NCBI GenBank assembly: GCA_041651535.1
Contig: JBAZIZ010000001.1
Coordinates: 96,368 to 160,367, forward strand
DNA from: Patescibacteria group bacterium
GTDB lineage: Bacteria; Patescibacteriota; Patescibacteriia; Magasanikbacterales; UBA922
DNA length: 64,000 bases
Direction of reading: 5' to 3'
Shown here: piece after piece, positions 1-7,540 of the stretch
How the letters are laid out: the number at the start of each line of letters is the position of its first letter
Numbering within the stretch: the first letter of the stretch is position 1
Made by a program: the position numbers and the translations under genes
Notes under the pieces: generated by a model
Database searches by the model: none
What the model was told of the DNA's origin: nothing
Seen by the model: only the letters and a program-made list of their open reading frames with translations

Positions 1-14
1 TTATTAAAAATTTA

Positions 15-635
15 CTAATTAGCGTAAAAATTTAATCTAGCAAGTAATTCTGAAACATTATTTATTTTTTCTATTTTGAAACCTTTTTGTAAATAAATTT
101 CGGCATGTTCGTCATTATCATCAATCAAAATTGCTTCATTATAAAGCAAATTATTTTTTTCAAAGTATTTCGCAAAAAAAACAAGAGAATCATCTTTTAT
201 ATCTTTTTTTAAAGCTTTAATTTCTGGCGATAATAAAAAATCATCAAACATTTTTTCTAAATTCATAGCCGGCATTGTAAATTTTCTAAAAGTATCCATA
301 TTATCTGAAGCTAAAACAACTTTTATTCCTTTATTTCTAATTTTATTAAGCAAAATAGGAATATCTTCAGAAACAAATTTCATGTTTTTGCTACTATATT
401 CTAAATCAGACAAAATATCAGTAAACGAGATAGAAAATTTTTCACTTAGTATTTTTGCGATATCCAAATAAGTATATTCTCCTCGCATCCATGAATCCAA
501 AAGAGGACGATTATTTATAAATAAAAATTCTCTAAATGAAGAAAAATAAATAGAATTATCCCAAAATAAAGAATTTGACAAAGTCTTGTACCAATCAATA
601 AAAATAACTTTTGGCCGAATAATTTGATCGGTCAT
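15..635 (-). CDS. hypothetical protein, possibly HAD-superfamily-like hydrolase
   Basis: 206-aa ORF; paired Asp near the C-terminus (IDDND) and VIFID near the N-terminus are weakly HAD-like; motif I is not canonical. Confidence 0.35.
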   Translation of the reverse strand: MTDQIIRPKVIFIDWYKTLSNSLFWDNSIYFSSFREFLFINNRPLLDSWMRGEYTYLDIAKILSEKFSISFTDILSDLEYSSKNMKFVSEDIPILLNKIRNKGIKVVLASDNMDTFRKFTMPAMNLEKMFDDFLLSPEIKALKKDIKDDSLVFFAKYFEKNNLLYNEAILIDDNDEHAEIYLQKGFKIEKINNVSELLARLNFYAN

Positions 636-736
636 AAATTTAATTTAATTTCTATAAATTAAGTTCCCCCATTCTATCATCTAAATAGATTATTGTAAAT
701 GTTTTCTACCCAAAAAAATTAATCACAAGAAAAATC

Positions 737-765
737 TTGACTTACAAAAAACTATATGTTATACT
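737..765 (+). promoter_or_regulatory. sigma70-like promoter TTGACT-N17-(TG)TTATACT upstream of the tRNA fragment / GIY-YIG / intron-tRNA unit
   Basis: TTGACT at 737-742, 17-nt spacer, extended -10 TGTTATACT ending at 765; the same ATATGTTATAnT motif recurs at 56241-56252, 57531-57543 and ~57594-57603. Confidence 0.4.
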
Positions 766-815
766 GTTTTCGGTTTTGTGTTTTTTATTAAAATACAAAA
801 ATTACAATTTAATAT

Positions 816-883
816 TCGGCGGTAGCTCAGCGGTACCTGCCTGCCGGTTTACATACCGTTAGGTATGCAGGCAGGGAGCAACC
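816..883 (+). other. partial duplicate of tRNA-Asn 5' portion (positions 1-28) interrupted by a 40-nt hairpin element in the D-loop
   Basis: 816-835 identical to 1152-1171 (TCGGCGGTAGCTCAGCGGTA); 876-883 GAGCAACC matches 1172-1179 GAGCAACT; the 40 nt between them is absent from the intact gene. Confidence 0.6.
836..875 (+). repeat. 40-nt GC-rich nested-hairpin element (CCTGCCTGC-CGGTTTA-CATACC-GTTA-GGTATG-CAGGCAGG)
   Basis: perfect 9-bp outer stem and 6-bp inner stem; a second 40-nt copy with compensatory substitutions at 57989-58028; simpler relative at 47899-47918. Confidence 0.6.
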
Positions 884-892
884 AAATAAAAT

Positions 893-1078
893 ATGTATAA
901 AATATATATTATACAAAGTGAGAAAAATAATTTTTTATATGTAGGGCTAACATCGAATTTAGAAATTCGATTAAAATACCACAATCAAGGTAGAGTATTT
1001 TCAACAAAAGGTTATCGATCATGGAAATTAGTTTACACTGAAGAAGTTGAAACCAGACAAGAAGCAAGAAAAAGATAA
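893..1078 (+). CDS. small GIY-YIG nuclease-domain protein (COG2827/YhbQ-like), interrupted by an in-frame TAA; reading frame continues to 1144
   Basis: YIYIIQS...FLYVGLTSNLEIRLKYHNQG...WKLVYTEE is a GIY-YIG signature; after the TAA at 1076-1078 the same frame reads KYFKSGCGKEFIKNFLYKPAI, restoring the typical ~82-aa length. Confidence 0.6.
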   Translation: MYKIYIIQSEKNNFLYVGLTSNLEIRLKYHNQGRVFSTKGYRSWKLVYTEEVETRQEARKR

Positions 1079-1151
1079 AAATACTTTAAAAGTGGTTGTG
1101 GTAAGGAGTTTATTAAAAACTTTTTATACAAACCAGCAATTTAAAATTTAT

Positions 1152-1524
1152 TCGGCGGTAGCTCAGCGGTAGAGCAACTGGCTGTCGAAATGTGGCAGCT
1201 CTTGATAGAAATATCAGGATGAAAAACGAAGTGAATTGACAGGAAACCTTTTCTCGACTTAGTCGGGATGGTAATCTGCAGCCAAGTCTTAAATTATATC
1301 CCGTTGTAAAGGCGGAAAAATATTGTTTAAGAAAGGTTCAGAGACTATCTCATTTTGAGAGTAGTCTTCCGATATATTATCGGAAGCCGAAGCGCTTCGC
1401 ACCCGTAACGCTCTTGGAAATAAACCAGGTAAATGGCGTGGGTGATAAAATAGTCCAGTCTTTTTTGAAAAAAGAAGAAATAACTGTAACCAGTGGGTCG
1501 TGGGTTCGAGCCCCACTCGCCGAG
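1152..1524 (+). tRNA. tRNA-Asn(GUU) split by a 301-nt group I intron in the anticodon loop (exons 1152-1185 and 1487-1524; 73-nt mature tRNA, no encoded CCA)
   Basis: acceptor TCGGCGG/TCGCCGA pairs 7/7; D arm GCTC-AGCGGTA-GAGC; anticodon stem ACTGG/CCAGT; spliced loop CU-GUU-AA; T arm GTGGG-TTCGAGC-CCCAC; discriminator G. Confidence 0.7.
1186..1486 (+). ncRNA. group I self-splicing intron
   Basis: P1: exon GCUGU pairs intron GCAGC (1195-1199) with U.G at the splice site; P/Q/R/S-like elements AATTGACAGGAAA (1234-1246), AATCTGCAGCC (1273-1283), GGTTCAGAGACTAT (1335-1348), AAAATAGTCCAG (1448-1459) with the R/S GACTA/TAGTC P7 pairing; intron ends in G1486. Confidence 0.75.
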
Positions 1525-1561
1525 CAAAATAAAAAAACAGACTTTTCTCAAGCCTGTTTTT

Positions 1562-2977
1562 TTAAATTTTCACTTCAATATTATTTCCTAACTCACTTCT
1601 TTCTTTTATTAATTTAATTTCTCTTTTATATAAATAAAAAGAAACTACAAAGGCAATCACATCCGAGATAGCAAATGCATACCAAATACCGTCTAAATTA
1701 AACAAATAAGATAAAATAAATAAAAATGGAATTAAAACTAAAAATTGTTTGAAAATTGAAATGAAAAAAGCTACTCCAGCTCTTCCCATCGCTTGGTACA
1801 TACCACCACTGACAACTTGTAAACCAATAAAAGGAGCAGATAAAAATATTATTTTTAAAGCATGTTCCCCCATTTCTAATAAATCTTTTTCAGTGGTAAA
1901 AATTGCCACCATAAAACGAGAAAAAAATAAAAATATAAAAAAAGCAAATACCGACAAACAAGTTCCATAAAAAACACTCAGACGAATAGTTTTTAAAACT
2001 CTTTTAACATCACCAGCTCCATAATTAAATCCTACAATTGGTTGCATACCTTGGATTAAACCAAAAATCGGCATCATAACAAAAGATACTAATCTCTGGA
2101 CTATTCCATAGGTCGCAATTGCTAAATCGCCTCCATAAAAACCCAGTAATCTATTGATAATCACAACTACCAAACTAAAAGAAGATTGACGAGCAAAATC
2201 AGAAAGTCCAATACCAAAAATTTCTTTAACAATGTTTTTTTGTAATTTAAAATTTTTAATCTTAATTTTCAATAAACTTTTTCCTAAAAAATAAAAAGAA
2301 AATATATAAAAAAAAGAAAAAACATTTGATAAAACACTAGCCCAAGCTGCTCCAGCTACTGACCAATTATATTTTATAATAAAAATATAATCTAAAATAA
2401 TATTTATTATTGAACCTAAAATCATTGATAACATTGCCATTTTTGCTTCTCCTTCTGCTCTGACTAAACTACTCGCTGCCACGCCAAAAGAAAAAAATAT
2501 TAAACCACCAAAAATTATTTGTCCATATTTTATTGATAAAGGAAGTATTTCTTCACTAGCCCCAAAAATTTTCATGAGCGGTTCAATAAAAACAAGAAGT
2601 AAAATACTGATAATTATACTGGACAAAAAAACTAAAGACAAAACATTTCCTAAAACTGTTTCCGCTTCTTCTTTTTTTCTTTCGCCTAATTTTCTAGAAA
2701 TCAAAGATGCGCCTCCAACTCCAAAAACTTGAGAAAAAGCCATGATTATCATGTAAAGTGGAAAAATAATAGAAATAGCAGTAATCGCAGTCATACCTAC
2801 TCCTCGACCAACAAAAATTGTGTCTACAATATTATACAAAGCAATAACAAACATACCAACAATAGCTGGTACAGATAATTTTATTAATAATTTATTAATT
2901 GGTGCTTCAGCCAATAAATTTTCTCGTGATTGCATAATTATTTTTTTCTTTCTTGACCAGCACGAAGTTGTCCACAA
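1562..2977 (-). CDS. MATE family multidrug/oligosaccharide efflux transporter (true start may be the internal Met at ~2935)
   Basis: 12 predicted TM segments; N-terminal ...LAEAPINKLLIKLSVPAIVGMF..IVDTIFVGRGVG typical of MATE/NorM/DinF. Confidence 0.85.
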   Translation of the reverse strand: MWTTSCWSRKKKIIMQSRENLLAEAPINKLLIKLSVPAIVGMFVIALYNIVDTIFVGRGVGMTAITAISIIFPLYMIIMAFSQVFGVGGASLISRKLGERKKEEAETVLGNVLSLVFLSSIIISILLLVFIEPLMKIFGASEEILPLSIKYGQIIFGGLIFFSFGVAASSLVRAEGEAKMAMLSMILGSIINIILDYIFIIKYNWSVAGAAWASVLSNVFSFFYIFSFYFLGKSLLKIKIKNFKLQKNIVKEIFGIGLSDFARQSSFSLVVVIINRLLGFYGGDLAIATYGIVQRLVSFVMMPIFGLIQGMQPIVGFNYGAGDVKRVLKTIRLSVFYGTCLSVFAFFIFLFFSRFMVAIFTTEKDLLEMGEHALKIIFLSAPFIGLQVVSGGMYQAMGRAGVAFFISIFKQFLVLIPFLFILSYLFNLDGIWYAFAISDVIAFVVSFYLYKREIKLIKERSELGNNIEVKI

Positions 2978-3954
2978 GCTGCTTTTATATCTTGGCCATA
3001 AGCATATCTTTCGGTCACACGAATTCCGGCTTTAAACAAGATATTTTTAAATCTTTGAATTTTTAGTGGATTTGATGGACGATATTTTTCGACTGGATTA
3101 TAACGAATCAAATTAACAACAAAAAGCGGATGGTTGATAATTTGAACCAATTCTCTAGCATCTTTTTCACGATCATTAACTCCATCAATAAGCAAATATT
3201 CAAACATAACTTGACGGTTTGTTTTATCAACATATTTTTCAACTGCTGACATAATTTTTTCAATTGAATATTTATTATTAATAGGCATCAATTCTGAACG
3301 TAATTCATTATTTGGAGCGTGCAAAGAAATAGCTAAATTAATTTGTAATTTTTCTTGGGCAAATTTATTTATTCCTTCCACAATTCCTGCAGTTGAAATT
3401 GAGATATGTCTAGCACCAATATTAAATTTATTTTTATCATTCAAAATTTCAATAGCTTTAAAAACATTTTCATAATTTAAAAATGGCTCCCCCATTCCCA
3501 TAAAAACTATATTTGTAATACGAGAATTTTCTGATTGACTATTTTTCAAAAATCTAGCAAAAAACAAAACTTGTTCAATTATTTCTCCCCAAGATAAATT
3601 TCGACGAAAACCCATTTTACCAGTAGCACAAAATTTACAAGCCAACGCACAACCAACTTGACTAGAAACACAGACAGTATTTCTACCGCTGCTATGTCGC
3701 ATCAAAACAGTTTCAATTTTTTCTCCATCTTCTAATTCCAGCAAAGCTTTAACTGAACTGGATTTTTTTGAACCAAAAATTTCTGTTTTAATTTTTAGAG
3801 GAATTTCAACTTGTAATTTTTCTTTTAAACTTTTCGGTAAATTAGTATTTTGCTCCCAATCATCAATCAAATCTACAAAAATTGCTTTTTCAACTTGAGC
3901 AAAACGATATTTAGCTTCCCCTGACAACACTTCTTTAATTTTTTCTAAATTCAT
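2938..3954 (-). CDS. rlmN: 23S rRNA (adenine2503-C2)-methyltransferase RlmN (radical SAM)
   Basis: CVSSQVGCALACKFCATG radical-SAM CxxxCxxC motif in RlmN/Cfr context; C-terminal catalytic Cys region. Confidence 0.9.
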   Translation of the reverse strand: MNLEKIKEVLSGEAKYRFAQVEKAIFVDLIDDWEQNTNLPKSLKEKLQVEIPLKIKTEIFGSKKSSSVKALLELEDGEKIETVLMRHSSGRNTVCVSSQVGCALACKFCATGKMGFRRNLSWGEIIEQVLFFARFLKNSQSENSRITNIVFMGMGEPFLNYENVFKAIEILNDKNKFNIGARHISISTAGIVEGINKFAQEKLQINLAISLHAPNNELRSELMPINNKYSIEKIMSAVEKYVDKTNRQVMFEYLLIDGVNDREKDARELVQIINHPLFVVNLIRYNPVEKYRPSNPLKIQRFKNILFKAGIRVTERYAYGQDIKAACGQLRAGQERKK

Positions 3955-3959
3955 ATTTT

Positions 3960-4700
3960 CTAAATTAAATTCAAATATTTTTTTAAAGTAAAAATCAAAT
4001 TTTCATTTTGTTCTGATTTATTTTTTGAATTTTCACTATTAAATAACCACTCTAAATAAGGTCGATCATTATTAAAAACTTCTTCAAAAGACAAGCCTTT
4101 GTACTTACCAAAATTTAAATTTTTTACTAAAACTGGAGTTTTACTTAACAAAATCATCCTAGAAATTATTTCTTCATCATTTTGTAAATTATATTTTTCT
4201 TTTAAAATTTGAACTAGATTATCAAACAAAACTTCCAAAACTAAAATATCACTAAATGCATCATGAGGATTTATTTCTTTTTCACCTAAATCTAAATTCA
4301 AAAAATAACGTAAATATTGTAATTTATAACTCGAGGAATCAATCAAATGCTGAGCTACCCGACAAGTATCAATATAACGATCATGATCAACTTTTAAACC
4401 TTCATTTTCCAAAATTTTTATATCATAAAGAGCATTATGAGCAATTAAAACATTATTGTCTAATATTTCTTGAATTTTTTCTTTTAGACCACTAGCTAAA
4501 AAAGTACTTTTATTTTGTACCATTTTATTTGTAATATGATGAACTGACATCGCTTCACAAGAAATTGAAACCTCTGGATTAAAAATTTCATTTAATTCTT
4601 CTATATTTTTTCCATCATCACGAACTTTATAAGCTAATTGAACAAGACGAGCATTATCTGCTAAATCAGTAGTTTCAGTGTCTAAAAAAATTATTTTCAT
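3960..4700 (-). CDS. DnaQ-like (DEDDh) 3'-5' exonuclease domain protein
   Basis: IIFLDTETTDL (Exo I) and AHNALYDIKIL (Exo III HNAxxD) motifs. Confidence 0.7.
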   Translation of the reverse strand: MKIIFLDTETTDLADNARLVQLAYKVRDDGKNIEELNEIFNPEVSISCEAMSVHHITNKMVQNKSTFLASGLKEKIQEILDNNVLIAHNALYDIKILENEGLKVDHDRYIDTCRVAQHLIDSSSYKLQYLRYFLNLDLGEKEINPHDAFSDILVLEVLFDNLVQILKEKYNLQNDEEIISRMILLSKTPVLVKNLNFGKYKGLSFEEVFNNDRPYLEWLFNSENSKNKSEQNENLIFTLKKYLNLI

Positions 4701-4750
4701 ACAAAAGATAAATAATAAGCTATTAGATTATAAAAGAAAAACAAATAAAA

Positions 4751-4775
4751 AACAAGCCCTGAATAGCGGCTTGTT
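4751..4775. terminator. bidirectional rho-independent terminator hairpin AACAAGCC / GGCTTGTT flanked by A- and T-runs
   Basis: 8-bp GC-containing stem followed by TTTTT; lies after the stop of the 4789..5601 (-) gene. Confidence 0.5.
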
Positions 4776-4788
4776 TTTAAAAAAAATT

Positions 4789-5601
4789 TTAGAATAATCT
4801 TTTTAACCAACCGAATAGACTAAAACTATTTTCTTCATTTTGAATTTCCGATTTTATTTCGGTTGTTACCTGTTCCATTTTTTCAATTTGATTTTCTAAC
4901 AAAACTTTATCGTCTCCAGAAACTTCATTTGCAAGAGTTTTTAATTCTTCTATTTTTTGTAAATGATTTTCTAAATTTATTTTTACTCCATCTATTTCAT
5001 TATATTTTGGCCCAATCAAAAATCTGATAAATTTGTTTTGATTTTGAACTTTTTCTAAAGAATTTTCAATATTATTTTGTAATTGATTTTGATTTTGTGC
5101 GATTTCTCTTATTTGTTCTCCGATACCACCATTTCTTTCAGCTACTTGTAACATTTCTTGAACTGCATTTGCCACTTCACTTCTTCTTTCAAGAGAACGC
5201 CCGAATTTTTTTTCTGTACTGCTAACATTATTTTTATTTATTTGCATTTGATTTTGTTCTTGATTCATTTCTTTTAATTCTGGGTTTTCCAAACCTGTTC
5301 CAGTTTCATGAATTTGTCTTTGTTCTTGATTTTCTGCTTGGACTTGCATTCTTACTAAACCATCATTATTTGTTGGTTTAGTTGGATCAATTTGAGTTTT
5401 TTCTATATTTGTCTCTTCTGATTCAGAATTTGTTACAGAATTTTCCGATAAATCCACGACAACCTGTGTTTTTATTTCTGGACTTTCTTTAGCTGAACCC
5501 GTTTGACTTTGTTCCTGATTAGAAACATTAACCATAGCTAAAGCTGTCAAAGGAGCAAACAAAACGACAAACAGAGAAAAAAATGTGATTTTTTTGTTCA
5601 T
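4789..5601 (-). CDS. secreted Q/N/E-rich coiled-coil protein with signal peptide
   Basis: N-terminal MNKKITFFSLFVVLFAPLTALA signal; low-complexity coiled-coil body. Confidence 0.5.
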   Translation of the reverse strand: MNKKITFFSLFVVLFAPLTALAMVNVSNQEQSQTGSAKESPEIKTQVVVDLSENSVTNSESEETNIEKTQIDPTKPTNNDGLVRMQVQAENQEQRQIHETGTGLENPELKEMNQEQNQMQINKNNVSSTEKKFGRSLERRSEVANAVQEMLQVAERNGGIGEQIREIAQNQNQLQNNIENSLEKVQNQNKFIRFLIGPKYNEIDGVKINLENHLQKIEELKTLANEVSGDDKVLLENQIEKMEQVTTEIKSEIQNEENSFSLFGWLKRLF

Positions 5602-5662
5602 ATTTTTAAATTAAAAATAAAAAATCTAACAATTTAACTATAACACATTTTTTAAAAAATTA

Positions 5663-6193
5663 CTAATCAATTTCAATCAATTGTTTATCCACTACTTTTA
5701 AATACTTAGAAACACCAACTGATGGCAAAGCAGTCATAGCTTCATCATCTTTTCTAACTGCAAAATTTACAACAATCTCTCCATCTAAAAAGCTAATCGT
5801 CTGAGGAGCAATACGATCACCTAGAAAAATTGCGTTAGAACCAAAACAAGCTGTTTTACTTCCAAAAGCAACGGCTACATAATAAAATATTCCGCTTCCA
5901 CCCAAATCTTGAGTCAAAATAAAAGCTGAATCAGACAAACCATCTTCATCAAAATCACCTTTTATTTCATTACCAAAATATTTAGTAATAATTTTTGAAT
6001 TGGAATCAATGATATCTTCCTCTGAATAACCGTTTTTAAGCAAAACCATCTTATCATCAATTTTATAAGCGCAATTTTTTTGATCTAAAAATATTTCACT
6101 AGTTTCTTTTGTTTTTTTAGATTCAATATAAAATAAATAACTTACTATAATAATAAAAATAATTATAATAATTAAGATATTTTTTTTATTCAT
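5663..6193 (-). CDS. hypothetical membrane-anchored protein
   Basis: N-terminal hydrophobic segment IIIIIFIIIVSYLF; no recognisable domain. Confidence 0.5.
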   Translation of the reverse strand: MNKKNILIIIIIFIIIVSYLFYIESKKTKETSEIFLDQKNCAYKIDDKMVLLKNGYSEEDIIDSNSKIITKYFGNEIKGDFDEDGLSDSAFILTQDLGGSGIFYYVAVAFGSKTACFGSNAIFLGDRIAPQTISFLDGEIVVNFAVRKDDEAMTALPSVGVSKYLKVVDKQLIEID

Positions 6194-7535
6194 ATTTTTT
6201 AATATCGATTTTATCTTTAATAAAATCTTGGTATTTGCTATTTAGGGCTATATTTTTATCTGCTCTAGAAAAATTTTTATTCATTTTTGTAACAAAAAAT
6301 TTTTTATTGTTAAGTAAAATTTCATCACCAAATTTAAGTTGAAATTCGTCACGTAAAGCAATATTTAGTTGAACATTATTTAAACTAATTTTATCATCAT
6401 AAGTAATATTTTTTAAACTCATCATTTCTTTTTCTTCTTGTTTACTTTTTTCTAAATAAATTGGTATTTTATTATTCATTTTTTCTAAATCTTCTTTAGT
6501 TTGAAAAGTAATACTAAATTGTTTTAATAACTCTTCTAATATTTCTGACATTTTTTCTGTGTAAAATTTTCTTAAATATAGACTGCATTCTAATTGTAAA
6601 CATTGTAGCATCTCACCAAAACCCGTAAAATCAAAAATTCCATCACCATGACGCATTTTCGTCAAAGCAACACTTCCAGAATAAGCACCGAATTTAAAAA
6701 CTGTATTTATAGATGGTGTTTGGTTATCTTTATTTTTTATTTCTTCTTTTTCTAATAATTCTTTTAATTTTTCAGAAAACCAAATAGCAATTCTTGGATC
6801 TAATGGCCCTTTACCGTCTTTTTGTTGTCTAGCACCAATTACTAAATCATCTCCTATTTCTGATTTACCATGAAAATATATTACTAAATGAGGCCTTTCT
6901 GCTTTATTATTTTTATCTAAATTATCCTGACTTTCTAATATTTTTTTTGTCAGATCTCTCTGTGCTTTTACTGCATTTAAATTATCTTCTTTGGTAAATA
7001 CAGTATCTTCTGATTTTATAGATGACTCCACTTCAAAAGGTAAACTATTTATATCTGTAAATAATCTGGATTTTTTGAAAATAACATGATTAGAAACATT
7101 TTTAGCAATGTCTGTTGTTTTTGATTCAAAAGAAGTTACTTTATTTTGTTTACACCAATCAATTATTTTTTTACTAGGTTTTGTCCCATGTGGAACTTCG
7201 ATATGTCCTCTTACATCTTTATTATCAATTTGGAAATCAAAATATTTAGTGATTTGTCTTTCAATAATTTTTTCTTTTTCAGAATCAGGAAGATCAGAAT
7301 CTAAATCATACATTTTATGAGATACAAGACGTCTAATTTCAGCTTCTTCAACATTTTTTTCTATATTTTTTCCTTCAGGAAATTTTTCAAAAGCGTCTTC
7401 TTTATTTTGTCCAAAATCTAATTTTTTAGATAAAATATCAACAGGTAAACTATTTTTTACTTCTTTAACAATTTTTCTAATTGTATTAAAGCGTTCAGAA
7501 CTTATTTTTGGTTCCATATTTTTACTTTTTTTCAA
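6186..7535 (-). CDS. hypothetical protein
   Basis: 449-aa ORF with AT-rich codon usage typical of the window; no recognisable motif. Confidence 0.5.
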   Translation of the reverse strand: MKKSKNMEPKISSERFNTIRKIVKEVKNSLPVDILSKKLDFGQNKEDAFEKFPEGKNIEKNVEEAEIRRLVSHKMYDLDSDLPDSEKEKIIERQITKYFDFQIDNKDVRGHIEVPHGTKPSKKIIDWCKQNKVTSFESKTTDIAKNVSNHVIFKKSRLFTDINSLPFEVESSIKSEDTVFTKEDNLNAVKAQRDLTKKILESQDNLDKNNKAERPHLVIYFHGKSEIGDDLVIGARQQKDGKGPLDPRIAIWFSEKLKELLEKEEIKNKDNQTPSINTVFKFGAYSGSVALTKMRHGDGIFDFTGFGEMLQCLQLECSLYLRKFYTEKMSEILEELLKQFSITFQTKEDLEKMNNKIPIYLEKSKQEEKEMMSLKNITYDDKISLNNVQLNIALRDEFQLKFGDEILLNNKKFFVTKMNKNFSRADKNIALNSKYQDFIKDKIDIKKYE

Positions 7536-7540
7536 AAAAA

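Noticed and set aside
15-635. Confident HAD-hydrolase assignment for the first ORF
   Set aside because: The N-terminal FIDWYKTL lacks the DxD of HAD motif I. It is kept only as a low-confidence possibility.
1289-1617. ORF-track ORFs 1289..1516(-), 1345..1551(-), 1414..1617(+)
   Set aside because: They lie inside the tRNA-Asn group I intron and 3' exon on both strands. The sequence is explained by the intron's conserved RNA elements, so these are not coding.
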